Source of the DNA: a virus
Virus record (IMG/VR): IMGVR_UViG_3300044568_002024
Span: 4,133-68,132 of that record
Length of the DNA stretch: 64,000 nucleotides
Direction: 5' to 3' (one strand)
The notes beneath the pieces are model-generated. The model ran no database searches. It worked only from the letters and a program-made list of their open reading frames with translations, and was not told where the DNA came from. Of the stretch, positions 20,235 to 29,678 are shown piece after piece (positions within the stretch are counted from its first letter, which is position 1; each line of letters begins with the position of its first letter). The translations under genes were made by a program, and so were the position numbers.

Positions 20235-21173
20235 ATGTTTAACCCCTCACACACAATTTGGAATGAAAAGTATCGTCCACAGACACTTGACACTTATGTT
20301 GGCAACGATACTGTAAAGGCAACCTTTCAACAATATATTGACACAAACGATGTTCCTCACTTACTACTTTATGGCGATGCTGGTAGTGGTAAAACCACAC
20401 TTGCCAAGATTGTTGCAAATACTATTGCAAAAGATAACTACATTTATATCAACGCATCTGATGAAAACTCCGTAGATACGGTTCGTGATAAAATCAAACA
20501 GTTTGCTTCTTCGATTGGTTTCGGTGGATTGAAATTGATTATCCTTGATGAATGTGATTACATGACACCGAATGCGCAGGCGGCACTTCGTAATGTGATT
20601 GAAACATTCAGTAAGACTACTCGTTTCATTTTGACTTGTAACTATGTAGATAAGATTATCGATCCTATCCAGTCTCGTTGTCAGATATTCAATATAGTTC
20701 CGCCATCGAAGAAAGAAGTTGCTTCACACCTTGTAAAAATTCTTGATGGTGAAAATGTAAAGTATGAGAAAGATAGTCTTGTAACAATTATCAATCAATC
20801 TTATCCAGATATTCGCCGTGTGATTAACACAACTCAAAGATGTGTTATCGGTGGTGTTTTGAAATTGGATGAAACAACTTTAGTAGAACACAATTATCTT
20901 TCTTCTATTGTTGATATTCTCAAATCAAGTAAGAACAAAAAAGAAAAGTTTGATGGTATTCGTCAGTTACTTGCTGATAATCATGTTAGAGACTTTAATC
21001 AGATGTTTCGTTATCTGTATGATAATGTTGATACATTCGCCAATGGTTTTGTTTCAACTATCATCTTGATAATTGCAGAAGCACAATACAAAGACAGTTT
21101 TGTTGTAGACCATGAAATAAATGCCATGGCTATGTTTATTCAAATTATTATGGAAATTGACCAACGGAGGTAA
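20235..21173 (+). CDS. Clamp loader AAA+ subunit (RFC small / T4 gp44-like)
   Basis: WNEKYRPQTL, GDAGSGKTT, INASDE, IILDECD, QSRC, YPDIRR. Confidence 0.95.
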   Translation: MFNPSHTIWNEKYRPQTLDTYVGNDTVKATFQQYIDTNDVPHLLLYGDAGSGKTTLAKIVANTIAKDNYIYINASDENSVDTVRDKIKQFASSIGFGGLKLIILDECDYMTPNAQAALRNVIETFSKTTRFILTCNYVDKIIDPIQSRCQIFNIVPPSKKEVASHLVKILDGENVKYEKDSLVTIINQSYPDIRRVINTTQRCVIGGVLKLDETTLVEHNYLSSIVDILKSSKNKKEKFDGIRQLLADNHVRDFNQMFRYLYDNVDTFANGFVSTIILIIAEAQYKDSFVVDHEINAMAMFIQIIMEIDQRR

Positions 21174-21175
21174 CA

Positions 21176-21442
21176 ATGAGTGTGTATGACATTAACGGTG
21201 GTGGAGAAATACCACAACAGCAACAACAAGTAAATGTAGACTTAAATCAGGCAACTGATATTGAATGTTCAAAATGTGGTGGTAAGTTTTTCCACGAAGT
21301 AACATTCTTCAAAAAGATTTCTGCACTTCTTTCACCAACTGGACAAGAAGGTATTTTACCAATTCCAACTTATGCGTGTTTGGAATGTGGTAACATCAAT
21401 GATGAATTTTTACCAAGCAAAAGACAACAACTTAATGATTAA
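21176..21442 (+). CDS. Zinc-ribbon protein
   Basis: CSKC...CLEC. Confidence 0.75.
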   Translation: MSVYDINGGGEIPQQQQQVNVDLNQATDIECSKCGGKFFHEVTFFKKISALLSPTGQEGILPIPTYACLECGNINDEFLPSKRQQLND

Positions 21443-21450
21443 GGATTATC

Positions 21451-21906
21451 ATGGCTGCAAAAAGTTTATTTGATCATATTAAAGGTGTCACTATTCGTAA
21501 AACGAAATGGGAAGACCTTTCAGAAGAAGATACTAAATCATGGAGCAACTATATGATTGCTCGTTTCTTTTCAATGGAACCTGAATTTGTTGAAGCTATA
21601 AATGAGTTTCAAACATATTCAAATGGAATACTATCTTCAAAGGATTACTATAAACTTTTACATGATGTCCTCCCAAAAAAATCGTTCTTTCTCAAATACA
21701 TAAAAGGTAAAAACAAAATAGATATTGAACCAGAAATGGTATCAGTATTCTGCAACCATTATGAATTGGGAAGGAACGAAGTCTATGGGTATATCAAATA
21801 TCTGGCAAAAGAAAATCCAGATGAATTGATTGGTATACTAAAACAGTATGGAACATCTGAAGCAGATATTAAAAAATTTGAAAAACAATTAAAGACTGTA
21901 AAATGA
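21451..21906 (+). CDS. Clamp loader small subunit (T4 gp62-like)
   Basis: SLFDHI, WSNYMIARFFSM, LPKKSFFLKYIK; position after gp44-like gene. Confidence 0.65.
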   Translation: MAAKSLFDHIKGVTIRKTKWEDLSEEDTKSWSNYMIARFFSMEPEFVEAINEFQTYSNGILSSKDYYKLLHDVLPKKSFFLKYIKGKNKIDIEPEMVSVFCNHYELGRNEVYGYIKYLAKENPDELIGILKQYGTSEADIKKFEKQLKTVK

Positions 21907-22289
21907 GGAATACTAAAATGGCAATCACCGAAAGAGATTTGGGTATAAAACAATCAGAAGTTGTCACAGAAATGGAAAAGAAATTTCCTGTTATGACTGC
22001 TGAGTTTAAGCGTATTCAACAGGCACAATATGAATTGTTTTGTGCAAAACAGAGTAACTATGGTCCAGACAATATATCAATGGGTAGTTCTCTTGAACGA
22101 GAAGAAGACCGCAAACTTTCCCTACAAGGTTTGTTTTTTAGATTGAACGATAAAATAAACCGTTACAAACAAATGATTATGTTTGGATCAAAAGATGCAG
22201 TTGGTGAAAGTCTTGATGATACATTCAAAGATATTTCAGTATATGGTATTATCACACAACTTGTTCAGTCTGGCAAGTGGGGTAAATAA
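21903..22289 (+). CDS. Nucleotide-modification-associated domain 1 (Nmad1/DUF1599-like)
   Basis: KQSNYG, RLNDKINR, ESLDDTFKDISVYGII. Confidence 0.7.
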   Translation: MRNTKMAITERDLGIKQSEVVTEMEKKFPVMTAEFKRIQQAQYELFCAKQSNYGPDNISMGSSLEREEDRKLSLQGLFFRLNDKINRYKQMIMFGSKDAVGESLDDTFKDISVYGIITQLVQSGKWGK

Positions 22290-23200
22290 TGGCCAACAGA
22301 AAAGTATCTTTCTCACAATATCAAATGTGGAAAGTCTGTCCTCATAGATGGAAACTGAATTACATAGATAAACACTATACGTATCAACCATCAACCGCTG
22401 CTCTTTTTGGAACGGTTATGCATGAGGTATTGCAAGAATATGTAAAAAACATTTATGAGAAATCAATCGTTGAGGCAAATAAACTTGACCTTGATGAAAT
22501 GTTACACACGGGCATTCGTAGTGAATATAAAAAACTTCTCGAAGAAGCAAAGGGTATTCATTTCTCAAATGATAAAGAGTTGAAAGAATACTATTCCGAT
22601 GGTGTTCAAATTATTCAATGGTTTAAGGCACATCGTGCAGACTTCTTTCAAAAGAAAGATTATGAATTGGTTGGTATAGAAGTTCCGATAAACATAGTTC
22701 CACTTGAAACTCACCCAACAGTAAAGTTAGTTGGGTTTCTTGATTTGGTAATTAAGAATACCAAAACAGGAGACATATACATATATGATTTCAAAACTAG
22801 CACGAATGGTTGGAACAAATATGCAAAGACGGATAAAGTAAAAACTTCACAGTTGATACTCTACAAAACATATTATGCAAAACAATATGGTGTTAGTCCG
22901 GAACAAATACACATTGAGTATTTAATTCTTCGGCGTAAAATAATGGAAAACGCTGAGTATGAAGCGATGAAACAAAGAGTTCAAAGATTTGAACCATCCA
23001 ACGGCAAAGTTTCACAGAACAATATCAAGAAAGAAATTGCAGAGTTTATCACAACAAACTTTACGGAAGAAGGTGAGTATCGTTTGGATGTTATACAAAC
23101 GCCAGATGCAGGACGTGATTATTCAAATTGTAAATACTGTGAGTTTAATAAAAACGAAGAACTCTGTCCGAAAGAACAAAGAAATACTTTACCGTTCTAA
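22289..23200 (+). CDS. PD-(D/E)XK nuclease, RecB/Cas4-like with four-Cys cluster motif
   Basis: CPHRW, GFLDL, IYDFKT, QLILY, CKYCEF..LCP. Confidence 0.85.
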   Translation: MANRKVSFSQYQMWKVCPHRWKLNYIDKHYTYQPSTAALFGTVMHEVLQEYVKNIYEKSIVEANKLDLDEMLHTGIRSEYKKLLEEAKGIHFSNDKELKEYYSDGVQIIQWFKAHRADFFQKKDYELVGIEVPINIVPLETHPTVKLVGFLDLVIKNTKTGDIYIYDFKTSTNGWNKYAKTDKVKTSQLILYKTYYAKQYGVSPEQIHIEYLILRRKIMENAEYEAMKQRVQRFEPSNGKVSQNNIKKEIAEFITTNFTEEGEYRLDVIQTPDAGRDYSNCKYCEFNKNEELCPKEQRNTLPF

Positions 23201-23241
23201 AAATAAATCTACTATTTTCTAATGTTTTCTAAAATTAGTAC

Positions 23242-23250
23242 ATATTTATA
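23242..23250 (+). promoter_or_regulatory. Putative late promoter ATATTTATA
   Basis: Upstream of RHH/glycosyltransferase operon. Confidence 0.55.
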
Positions 23251-23278
23251 TGTATATGTTTAATCATTCGAGAATGTT

Positions 23279-23431
23279 GTGAACGCAAAATCAAAATACT
23301 CCAGTATTCAAATACGTAATCAACTCAAAGAAGAATTGGTAAATTATTGTAGTGATAATGGATATAAGTTGAGTGGGTTGGTAGAAAAACTAATTCTTAA
23401 TCATTTAACCGGAAGTTTAGGTGTTTCGTGA
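23279..23431 (+). CDS. Small ribbon-helix-helix-like DNA-binding protein; not in ORF track
   Basis: GTG start; KYSSIQIRNQLKEELVNYCSDNGYKLSGLVEKLI; GTGA overlap with next gene. Confidence 0.6.
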   Translation: MNAKSKYSSIQIRNQLKEELVNYCSDNGYKLSGLVEKLILNHLTGSLGVS

Positions 23432-24813
23432 AAATAGCTCAATTGGCAATCATTGACCTATCAGTTTATAGGGGCATACATACATTCACTAAAAATATAT
23501 CATCACTTGATAGTGTTGATACTTTTTATTTTAACCCAAGTGAAACAAACAATTTCAAATCTGAATATCAGAACTGTATAGATATTTCCGAAATGGAAAT
23601 AGCTGAATTGAAAGATAAATTGGAAGGTTATGATATTGTTGTTTTGAACCTCAACAAATTTATCTACGATGTTGATGGTATTCAAAAAAGAAAACCAGAA
23701 CATAGAGAAAGACTGATTGAATTGGCAAAGATGTATTGTCAGTTGAATACTATAACTGCATTCTTTGACCACGAGATATATCCGTATGAAGGCATGCACT
23801 TCAATACCATTTGTGTTCCGGCATTCATAAAGTATAGTGATTACTACTTAACATACACTCCGTTCTTTGTAGATGCCTTGAAAGAATATATTGGAATGAG
23901 AGGAACTTCCAACTATACTTTTCAAGTAGGTGGTTATATTGACATGAGTATTTATGACAAGTGGATTGAAAAGTCGTGGTTAGATAAAAAAGAATTACCA
24001 TACATTTCAGAATGTGCTTACTATGCAAAATTCAAAGGTCATGGGAACTTCAAACCAATAGTAGAAACGATGAATAAGATGGGACTTAGAGACTTGTCTG
24101 GTAAGAAATTGGTTCATATTGGAAATACATACTCACCCGAAAATTATTTCAATCATGTAAAGATATTGGCAGAACACGCGAATGTTTCTCGTAAAACTTT
24201 TAGTGATACATTTCTTCCGGACTTTGATTTGGATCCAACTGTATTCAAAGTTTTTGATAACCATAAACCCATGATACTTGCAGGAACATACACGATGGAA
24301 AGTATGATGGACTTTTTATCTGGTTGTAGATTTAGTATATCAACAACAAATACAAAAGTGCCGTTTTTCGGAATGTTCATTACACCGAGATTTGAATATG
24401 CTCAAATAGAAAAAAACTTAATGACTATTCCAATCTATGATAAAACATATATTGATTTGTTTAAGGGAACAGAATTTTCTGAATTAGTTTTATCTTATGA
24501 CATAAATGATTTGGAAAATTCATTAAAAAGTCTTATATTAGAGATTCAAAGATTAGAACAAGATGAAGAAGAATATAACAGACGAAGATTGAGATTGATA
24601 CGATTAACAAGAGATATGAATAAACTTGATAACTTTGTTCGTGATATGCAAACAATAGTTTCAAACGGTAAAAGAAATAAAGACGATTATTCGGAAGATT
24701 GGTTTAATTCTTCGTTAGAACAAATGGGTTACAAATTCAAACCATACCGTAAAATGCTTATTAACATGAACGGTGTTTCGTCAAACACAACAAAAAAGTT
24801 TTTTAACATATAA
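23428..24813 (+). CDS. T4 alpha-glucosyltransferase-like GT-B enzyme (putative DNA glycosyltransferase)
   Basis: Colinear matches to recalled T4 AGT motifs: YDIVVLN, FFDHE, YTFQ, SWLDKKE, GNTYSP, KPMILAGTY..SMMDFLS, FEYAQIE..TIPIY, YDINDLE. Confidence 0.65.
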   Translation: MKIAQLAIIDLSVYRGIHTFTKNISSLDSVDTFYFNPSETNNFKSEYQNCIDISEMEIAELKDKLEGYDIVVLNLNKFIYDVDGIQKRKPEHRERLIELAKMYCQLNTITAFFDHEIYPYEGMHFNTICVPAFIKYSDYYLTYTPFFVDALKEYIGMRGTSNYTFQVGGYIDMSIYDKWIEKSWLDKKELPYISECAYYAKFKGHGNFKPIVETMNKMGLRDLSGKKLVHIGNTYSPENYFNHVKILAEHANVSRKTFSDTFLPDFDLDPTVFKVFDNHKPMILAGTYTMESMMDFLSGCRFSISTTNTKVPFFGMFITPRFEYAQIEKNLMTIPIYDKTYIDLFKGTEFSELVLSYDINDLENSLKSLILEIQRLEQDEEEYNRRRLRLIRLTRDMNKLDNFVRDMQTIVSNGKRNKDDYSEDWFNSSLEQMGYKFKPYRKMLINMNGVSSNTTKKFFNI

Positions 24814-24822
24814 AGGTTTCAC

Positions 24823-26247
24823 ATGGCAAAGAAAAAGATATTACTACTGTCAGATGATTTGAGACTAACATCCGGAATAGCAACTGTATCAAGAGATATG
24901 GTAATTGGAACCGCAAAAGAATTTGATTGGATTCAAGTTGGTGCTGCTATAAATCATCCAGAAAAAGGAAAGGTCTTAGATTTATCAGAAGACTTGAAAA
25001 AAAATCATGGCATAGAAAATGCATCCGTCAAAATATATTGTAACGATGGGTATGGTGATCCATTTTTAATTCGTAGACTTATTGATATTGAAAAACCAGA
25101 TGCCATTTTACATTTTACAGATCCAAGATTTTGGGGTTGGTTATATGATATGGAACATGAAATACGGCAAAAAATGCCATTGATGTATCTAAACATTTGG
25201 GATGGTGCAGGTTTGATAGGTGATACACCAACTGATCCAATGTGGAATAAAGAGGCATATTCAAGTTGTGATTCGTTAATGGCAATTTCAAAACAAACAT
25301 ATGGTTTGAATCATAGAATACTTACAAGGTTTGGCGAGAACACAGAAAACAATCGTATAACCTATATTCCACATGGAATCAATACTGATGTATTCACTCC
25401 AATCAATGAAACTCATATTCATTCAGATGCTTTGAAATTTGAAAATACAAGACTTCGTGGTGACAATAAAAATAAATTTATTGTTATGTGGAATAATAGA
25501 AATATACACAGAAAACATCCAGGTGATGTAGTTCTTTCTTACAAACACTTTTGTCAATTAGTTGATAAAAATGGTGGAAACGCTGCTGAAGATTGTCTGT
25601 TATTGATGCACACACAAACTATAGATCCAAATGGAACTGATTTATTATCATTGGTCAGTGAACTTTGCAATGATTACAACGTTTTATTCGATGATAAAGT
25701 TATACCGTCTGAAAGATTAAACGTTTTGTATAATTGTGCAGATGTTGTTGTTAATATGGCATCAAATGAAGGTTTTGGTTTAGGAACTGCGGAATCATTA
25801 TCAGCTGGAACACCAATAGTTGTGAATGTTACAGGTGGATTGCAAGACCAATGTGGTTTTATCAATCCAGAAACAAATGAATACTTCACGGCTGATGATT
25901 ATATTAAAGTTCATACATTACATAGAAAAGATATTTGGGGTGATTTGAAACACGGCGAATGGGTTAAACCGGTTTGGCCGTCAAATATATCGTTACAGGG
26001 TTCGGTTCCAACTCCATACATTTTTGATGACCGTGCAGATTTCAGAGAAATCGGTAATGCAATTTATGAATGGTATTGCACATCAAAAGAAGAAAGAACA
26101 TCTGCTGGATTAAAAGGCCGTGAATTTATTATGAATGAAACGGTTGGTATGTCAAGAGAAAATATGGCAGAAAGAATAATTGAAAGTATCAATAATACAT
26201 TTGATACATTTACTACAAGAAAAAGATTTGAATTACATTTAGCGTGA
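24823..26247 (+). CDS. GT4 glycosyltransferase
   Basis: YIPHGI, NNRNIHRKHPGD, NEGFGLGTAE, TGGLQDQ. Confidence 0.9.
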   Translation: MAKKKILLLSDDLRLTSGIATVSRDMVIGTAKEFDWIQVGAAINHPEKGKVLDLSEDLKKNHGIENASVKIYCNDGYGDPFLIRRLIDIEKPDAILHFTDPRFWGWLYDMEHEIRQKMPLMYLNIWDGAGLIGDTPTDPMWNKEAYSSCDSLMAISKQTYGLNHRILTRFGENTENNRITYIPHGINTDVFTPINETHIHSDALKFENTRLRGDNKNKFIVMWNNRNIHRKHPGDVVLSYKHFCQLVDKNGGNAAEDCLLLMHTQTIDPNGTDLLSLVSELCNDYNVLFDDKVIPSERLNVLYNCADVVVNMASNEGFGLGTAESLSAGTPIVVNVTGGLQDQCGFINPETNEYFTADDYIKVHTLHRKDIWGDLKHGEWVKPVWPSNISLQGSVPTPYIFDDRADFREIGNAIYEWYCTSKEERTSAGLKGREFIMNETVGMSRENMAERIIESINNTFDTFTTRKRFELHLA

Positions 26248-26254
26248 GGATAAA

Positions 26255-27574
26255 ATGAGTTACAAACCGGAATTAGTTTTTTGTGGACCCGTTACTACTG
26301 TTAGTGGATATGGTGCTCATGCTAGAGATTTAGTTTTATCACTTATCAAAATGGATAAATTCAAAATATCTATTGTTCCTATAAATTGGGGACATACACC
26401 GATGAATGCTTTGAATCCAGATAATGTTGAACATAAACAAATTTTAGATTTGATAAGAACAGGACCATTACAGTCGCAACCTGATGTATGGATGCAATGC
26501 ACTATACCAAATGAATTTAATCCAGTCGGTAAGTTCAACATAGGAATAACAGCTGGTATAGAAACCGATGTTTGTTCTGGCGAATTTATAGAGGGATGTA
26601 ATAAAATGAACATGGTTATAGTTCCATCTAAACATGCAAAGTGGGTATTGGAAAACACACAATACGATAAACGTGACAAAAATACAAATCAATTAGTTGG
26701 AAAAGTTTCCTTGAAAACTCCAGTAGAAGTTCTTCACGAGGGAGTTAGAACTGAGATTTACAATCAAGGTGTAAAGAATAGTGAAGAACTTTATTCAGAA
26801 CTTGATAAGATAGTAGAAAATTTTGCATTCTTATTCGTAGGTCATTGGATGAAGGGCGATTTTGGTCAAGATAGGAAAGATGTTTCAGGATTAGTTCATA
26901 CTTTCATTGAAACATTTGGCGATACACCTAATCCACCAGCTCTGGTCTTAAAAACATCATCGGGAACATTTTCAGTAACAGATAGAAGTAGATTAGTTGA
27001 AAAAGTTAATTTGATTCGCCAAATGAGTAAGAAGAAGTATTTACCAAATGTTTACATACTTCATGGTGATTTGACTGATTATGAAATGAACGGTTTATAC
27101 AATCATCCAAAAATAAAGGCATTCGTTTCTTTTACAAAGGGTGAAGGGTATGGAAGACCTATTGCAGAATTTATGACAACCGGTAAACCAGTTCTTGTTC
27201 CTGGATGGAGTGGTCAAGCCGATTTTGTTGATGAAAAATTCAATACATACTTAAAGGGTGAATTAAAAGAAGTTGATAAGAGTTCTATTTGGGAGGGCGT
27301 AATAAACGCAGGTTCAAAATGGTTTAATGTTGATTATCAATTTGCATCAAAGATAATGCAAAAGATATATTCAAATTATGGAACAAGTCTTCTTTCTTCA
27401 AAGAAGAATATAAATCAAATGAATACAAAATGGTCATTTGATTCAATGACTACTAAATTTGAATCTATGTTAGAAACATATTTGCCCAAATTTGCTGAGA
27501 AAGTTAAAATCAATCTTCCTCAATTAAAAGAACTTCCAAAATTAACCAAACTTAAAAAAGAGGAACTGAAATGA
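26255..27574 (+). CDS. GT4 glycosyltransferase
   Basis: SGYGAHAR, DRKDV, GEGYGRPIAE. Confidence 0.9.
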   Translation: MSYKPELVFCGPVTTVSGYGAHARDLVLSLIKMDKFKISIVPINWGHTPMNALNPDNVEHKQILDLIRTGPLQSQPDVWMQCTIPNEFNPVGKFNIGITAGIETDVCSGEFIEGCNKMNMVIVPSKHAKWVLENTQYDKRDKNTNQLVGKVSLKTPVEVLHEGVRTEIYNQGVKNSEELYSELDKIVENFAFLFVGHWMKGDFGQDRKDVSGLVHTFIETFGDTPNPPALVLKTSSGTFSVTDRSRLVEKVNLIRQMSKKKYLPNVYILHGDLTDYEMNGLYNHPKIKAFVSFTKGEGYGRPIAEFMTTGKPVLVPGWSGQADFVDEKFNTYLKGELKEVDKSSIWEGVINAGSKWFNVDYQFASKIMQKIYSNYGTSLLSSKKNINQMNTKWSFDSMTTKFESMLETYLPKFAEKVKINLPQLKELPKLTKLKKEELK

Positions 27575-28200
27575 TTTCATATACAATAACTGCCTGTAAT
27601 GAAGAAAAAGAACTTTTGAATTTGTTGGAATCTCTAACACCACATATCACCGATGATGATCAATTGGTTATACAACTGGATATTGAAAGAGTTACCCAAG
27701 AAGTGAGAGAAGTTGTTTATCAGTATTTGGATAAAGTAAAAAATATGGTAGTGGTAGAATTTCCATTGTCAAATGATTTTGCTTCATTTAAGAACAATCT
27801 AAAAACTCATTGCACAAAAGATTGGATATTCAACATTGATGCCGATGAAGTTCCATCTTCCTTTTTATTATCAAATATAAAATCCATATTGAAAACAAAT
27901 GAAGAAGTAGATATGTTTTTGGTTCCAAGATGGAATACAGTATTCGGTATAACTGGAGATCATATTGAAAAATGGGGTTGGAAATTTGATGAACAAGACA
28001 GAGTTAATTGGCCTGATTATCAAACCAGAATATACAAAAACAAAGAATCAATAGTTTGGGTTAATAAAGTCCATGAGAGAATACAGGGTTTTGATACATA
28101 TACAAATTTGCCAGAAGATGAGGCATATTGTTTGTATCACATGAAATCTATAAACAAACAAGAAAGTCAAAACTTATTTTATCAAAACATGGAAAGATAA
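27571..28200 (+). CDS. GT2 glycosyltransferase
   Basis: DFASFKN, IDADE, PDYQTR, VHE. Confidence 0.88.
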   Translation: MISYTITACNEEKELLNLLESLTPHITDDDQLVIQLDIERVTQEVREVVYQYLDKVKNMVVVEFPLSNDFASFKNNLKTHCTKDWIFNIDADEVPSSFLLSNIKSILKTNEEVDMFLVPRWNTVFGITGDHIEKWGWKFDEQDRVNWPDYQTRIYKNKESIVWVNKVHERIQGFDTYTNLPEDEAYCLYHMKSINKQESQNLFYQNMER

Positions 28201-28203
28201 CAA

Positions 28204-28965
28204 ATGGAGAATTTGTTGATTGGTGCCATAAGTGGCAATTATGAAATAAAAGATATTAGTCGTTGGATAGAATCATCCAATGGGTTTGATTGTGACAGAA
28301 TACTATTGTTGTATAACAATACAAATCAATCTTTGTCTGATTACATTATGAATAATAATGTTGATGTTATAGTTCCAGAATTTGATTTTCATGCAACTCA
28401 GATTAAACAATTTGAAACAAACACTGCAAATAACAATTTAGAGACATCGTATAATTTAATACATAACATTAGATTTTTACATATATGGAAATTGTTAAAT
28501 GATGTAAAATATGAAAAAGTTTTAGTGACTGATGTTCGTGATGTTTATTTTAACAATGAACCATTTGATAAAATTCCAAATGATATGATAGTTGCATCTA
28601 GCGAAGAAATTGAATATGAAAAAGAAAATTGGAATAATAGACATATGTTTTTGAATCTTGGGATAATTGGAACTGAATTATTATCCAACAAGAAAATTTA
28701 CAATGTTGGTGTATTCGGTGGTGGTGGTGAATATGTTAAGAACATTTCGAGAGACATATATCTTATGTCTGTTGGTAAACAGTTGGTTGCTGATCAAACA
28801 TCATTTAATTACTTAATACAAACATCCTATAAAAACAATGTTTTGTTTACTGATTTGAAAGATAAGTTTGCTGTTCATTTAGATGTTGTTTCAAAAGGTT
28901 TAGTTGAGTTTGATTTATCAACTATGAAAGATTATTCTATTATCCATCAATATGATAGACTATGA
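28204..28965 (+). CDS. GT-A fold glycosyltransferase-like protein
   Basis: TDVRDVYF DxD motif, NVGVFGG, DQTSFN, IIHQYDR. Confidence 0.75.
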   Translation: MENLLIGAISGNYEIKDISRWIESSNGFDCDRILLLYNNTNQSLSDYIMNNNVDVIVPEFDFHATQIKQFETNTANNNLETSYNLIHNIRFLHIWKLLNDVKYEKVLVTDVRDVYFNNEPFDKIPNDMIVASSEEIEYEKENWNNRHMFLNLGIIGTELLSNKKIYNVGVFGGGGEYVKNISRDIYLMSVGKQLVADQTSFNYLIQTSYKNNVLFTDLKDKFAVHLDVVSKGLVEFDLSTMKDYSIIHQYDRL

Positions 28966-29678
28966 AGTATTCAATAATAATATCTTACCGAAATAGAGAA
29001 GAACATTTGTCTAAACTTTTACCAAGACTTAGATCACAATTTTCAAATGAAGATTATGAAATAATTGTAGTGGAACAAAATGACAATGATAAATTTCAAA
29101 AAAACTCTTTATACAATATAGCTGCTAAAAAATCAAATGGCGATATACTCGTATTTCACGATGTAGATTATTATCCAGTTTCAGATGTTTCGTATTACAC
29201 AGATTCAGAAACGCCTCTTTATCCAGTTGGTAAAGTTAAATTTTTGGCAGAAGATGATACTGAAAGGGATTACAACGATATACCAACTGGTTATAGAAAT
29301 TTTCATATATCAGTTGGTGATCATTCTGGAGGTGTATTTGTTTTACATAAGAATATATTTGAAAAGATTGGTGGTCTGAATCCTTACTATAAAGGTTGGG
29401 GCAAAGAAGATGATGATACAAGAGAGAGATTGAGATTTCATGGGTATCAATGGAAAAGAAATACAAATGGATTGTTTTATGCACTATACCATGAAGATAG
29501 TAAACCGGATGATTACGATATTGATTTTATCAACAATCATAAAATACATTCAAAAATAAAAGAATGTTTGAATTTGGGATTTAACAATGTATCTGCCGAT
29601 GTTGATCGATACGATGCAGATACAGATTTAATTTGGTTAAAAGTTAGTAATTTTATTTATGATGAGGTTAGTATATGA
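28962..29678 (+). CDS. GT7/GT2 galactosyltransferase-like protein
   Basis: YRNREEHL, FHDVD, GWGKEDDD. Confidence 0.85.
   Translation: MKYSIIISYRNREEHLSKLLPRLRSQFSNEDYEIIVVEQNDNDKFQKNSLYNIAAKKSNGDILVFHDVDYYPVSDVSYYTDSETPLYPVGKVKFLAEDDTERDYNDIPTGYRNFHISVGDHSGGVFVLHKNIFEKIGGLNPYYKGWGKEDDDTRERLRFHGYQWKRNTNGLFYALYHEDSKPDDYDIDFINNHKIHSKIKECLNLGFNNVSADVDRYDADTDLIWLKVSNFIYDEVSI

Noticed and set aside
22289-23200. Cas4 / CRISPR-Cas system
   Set aside because: No other cas genes or repeat-spacer array; solo Cas4-like nucleases are common in phages
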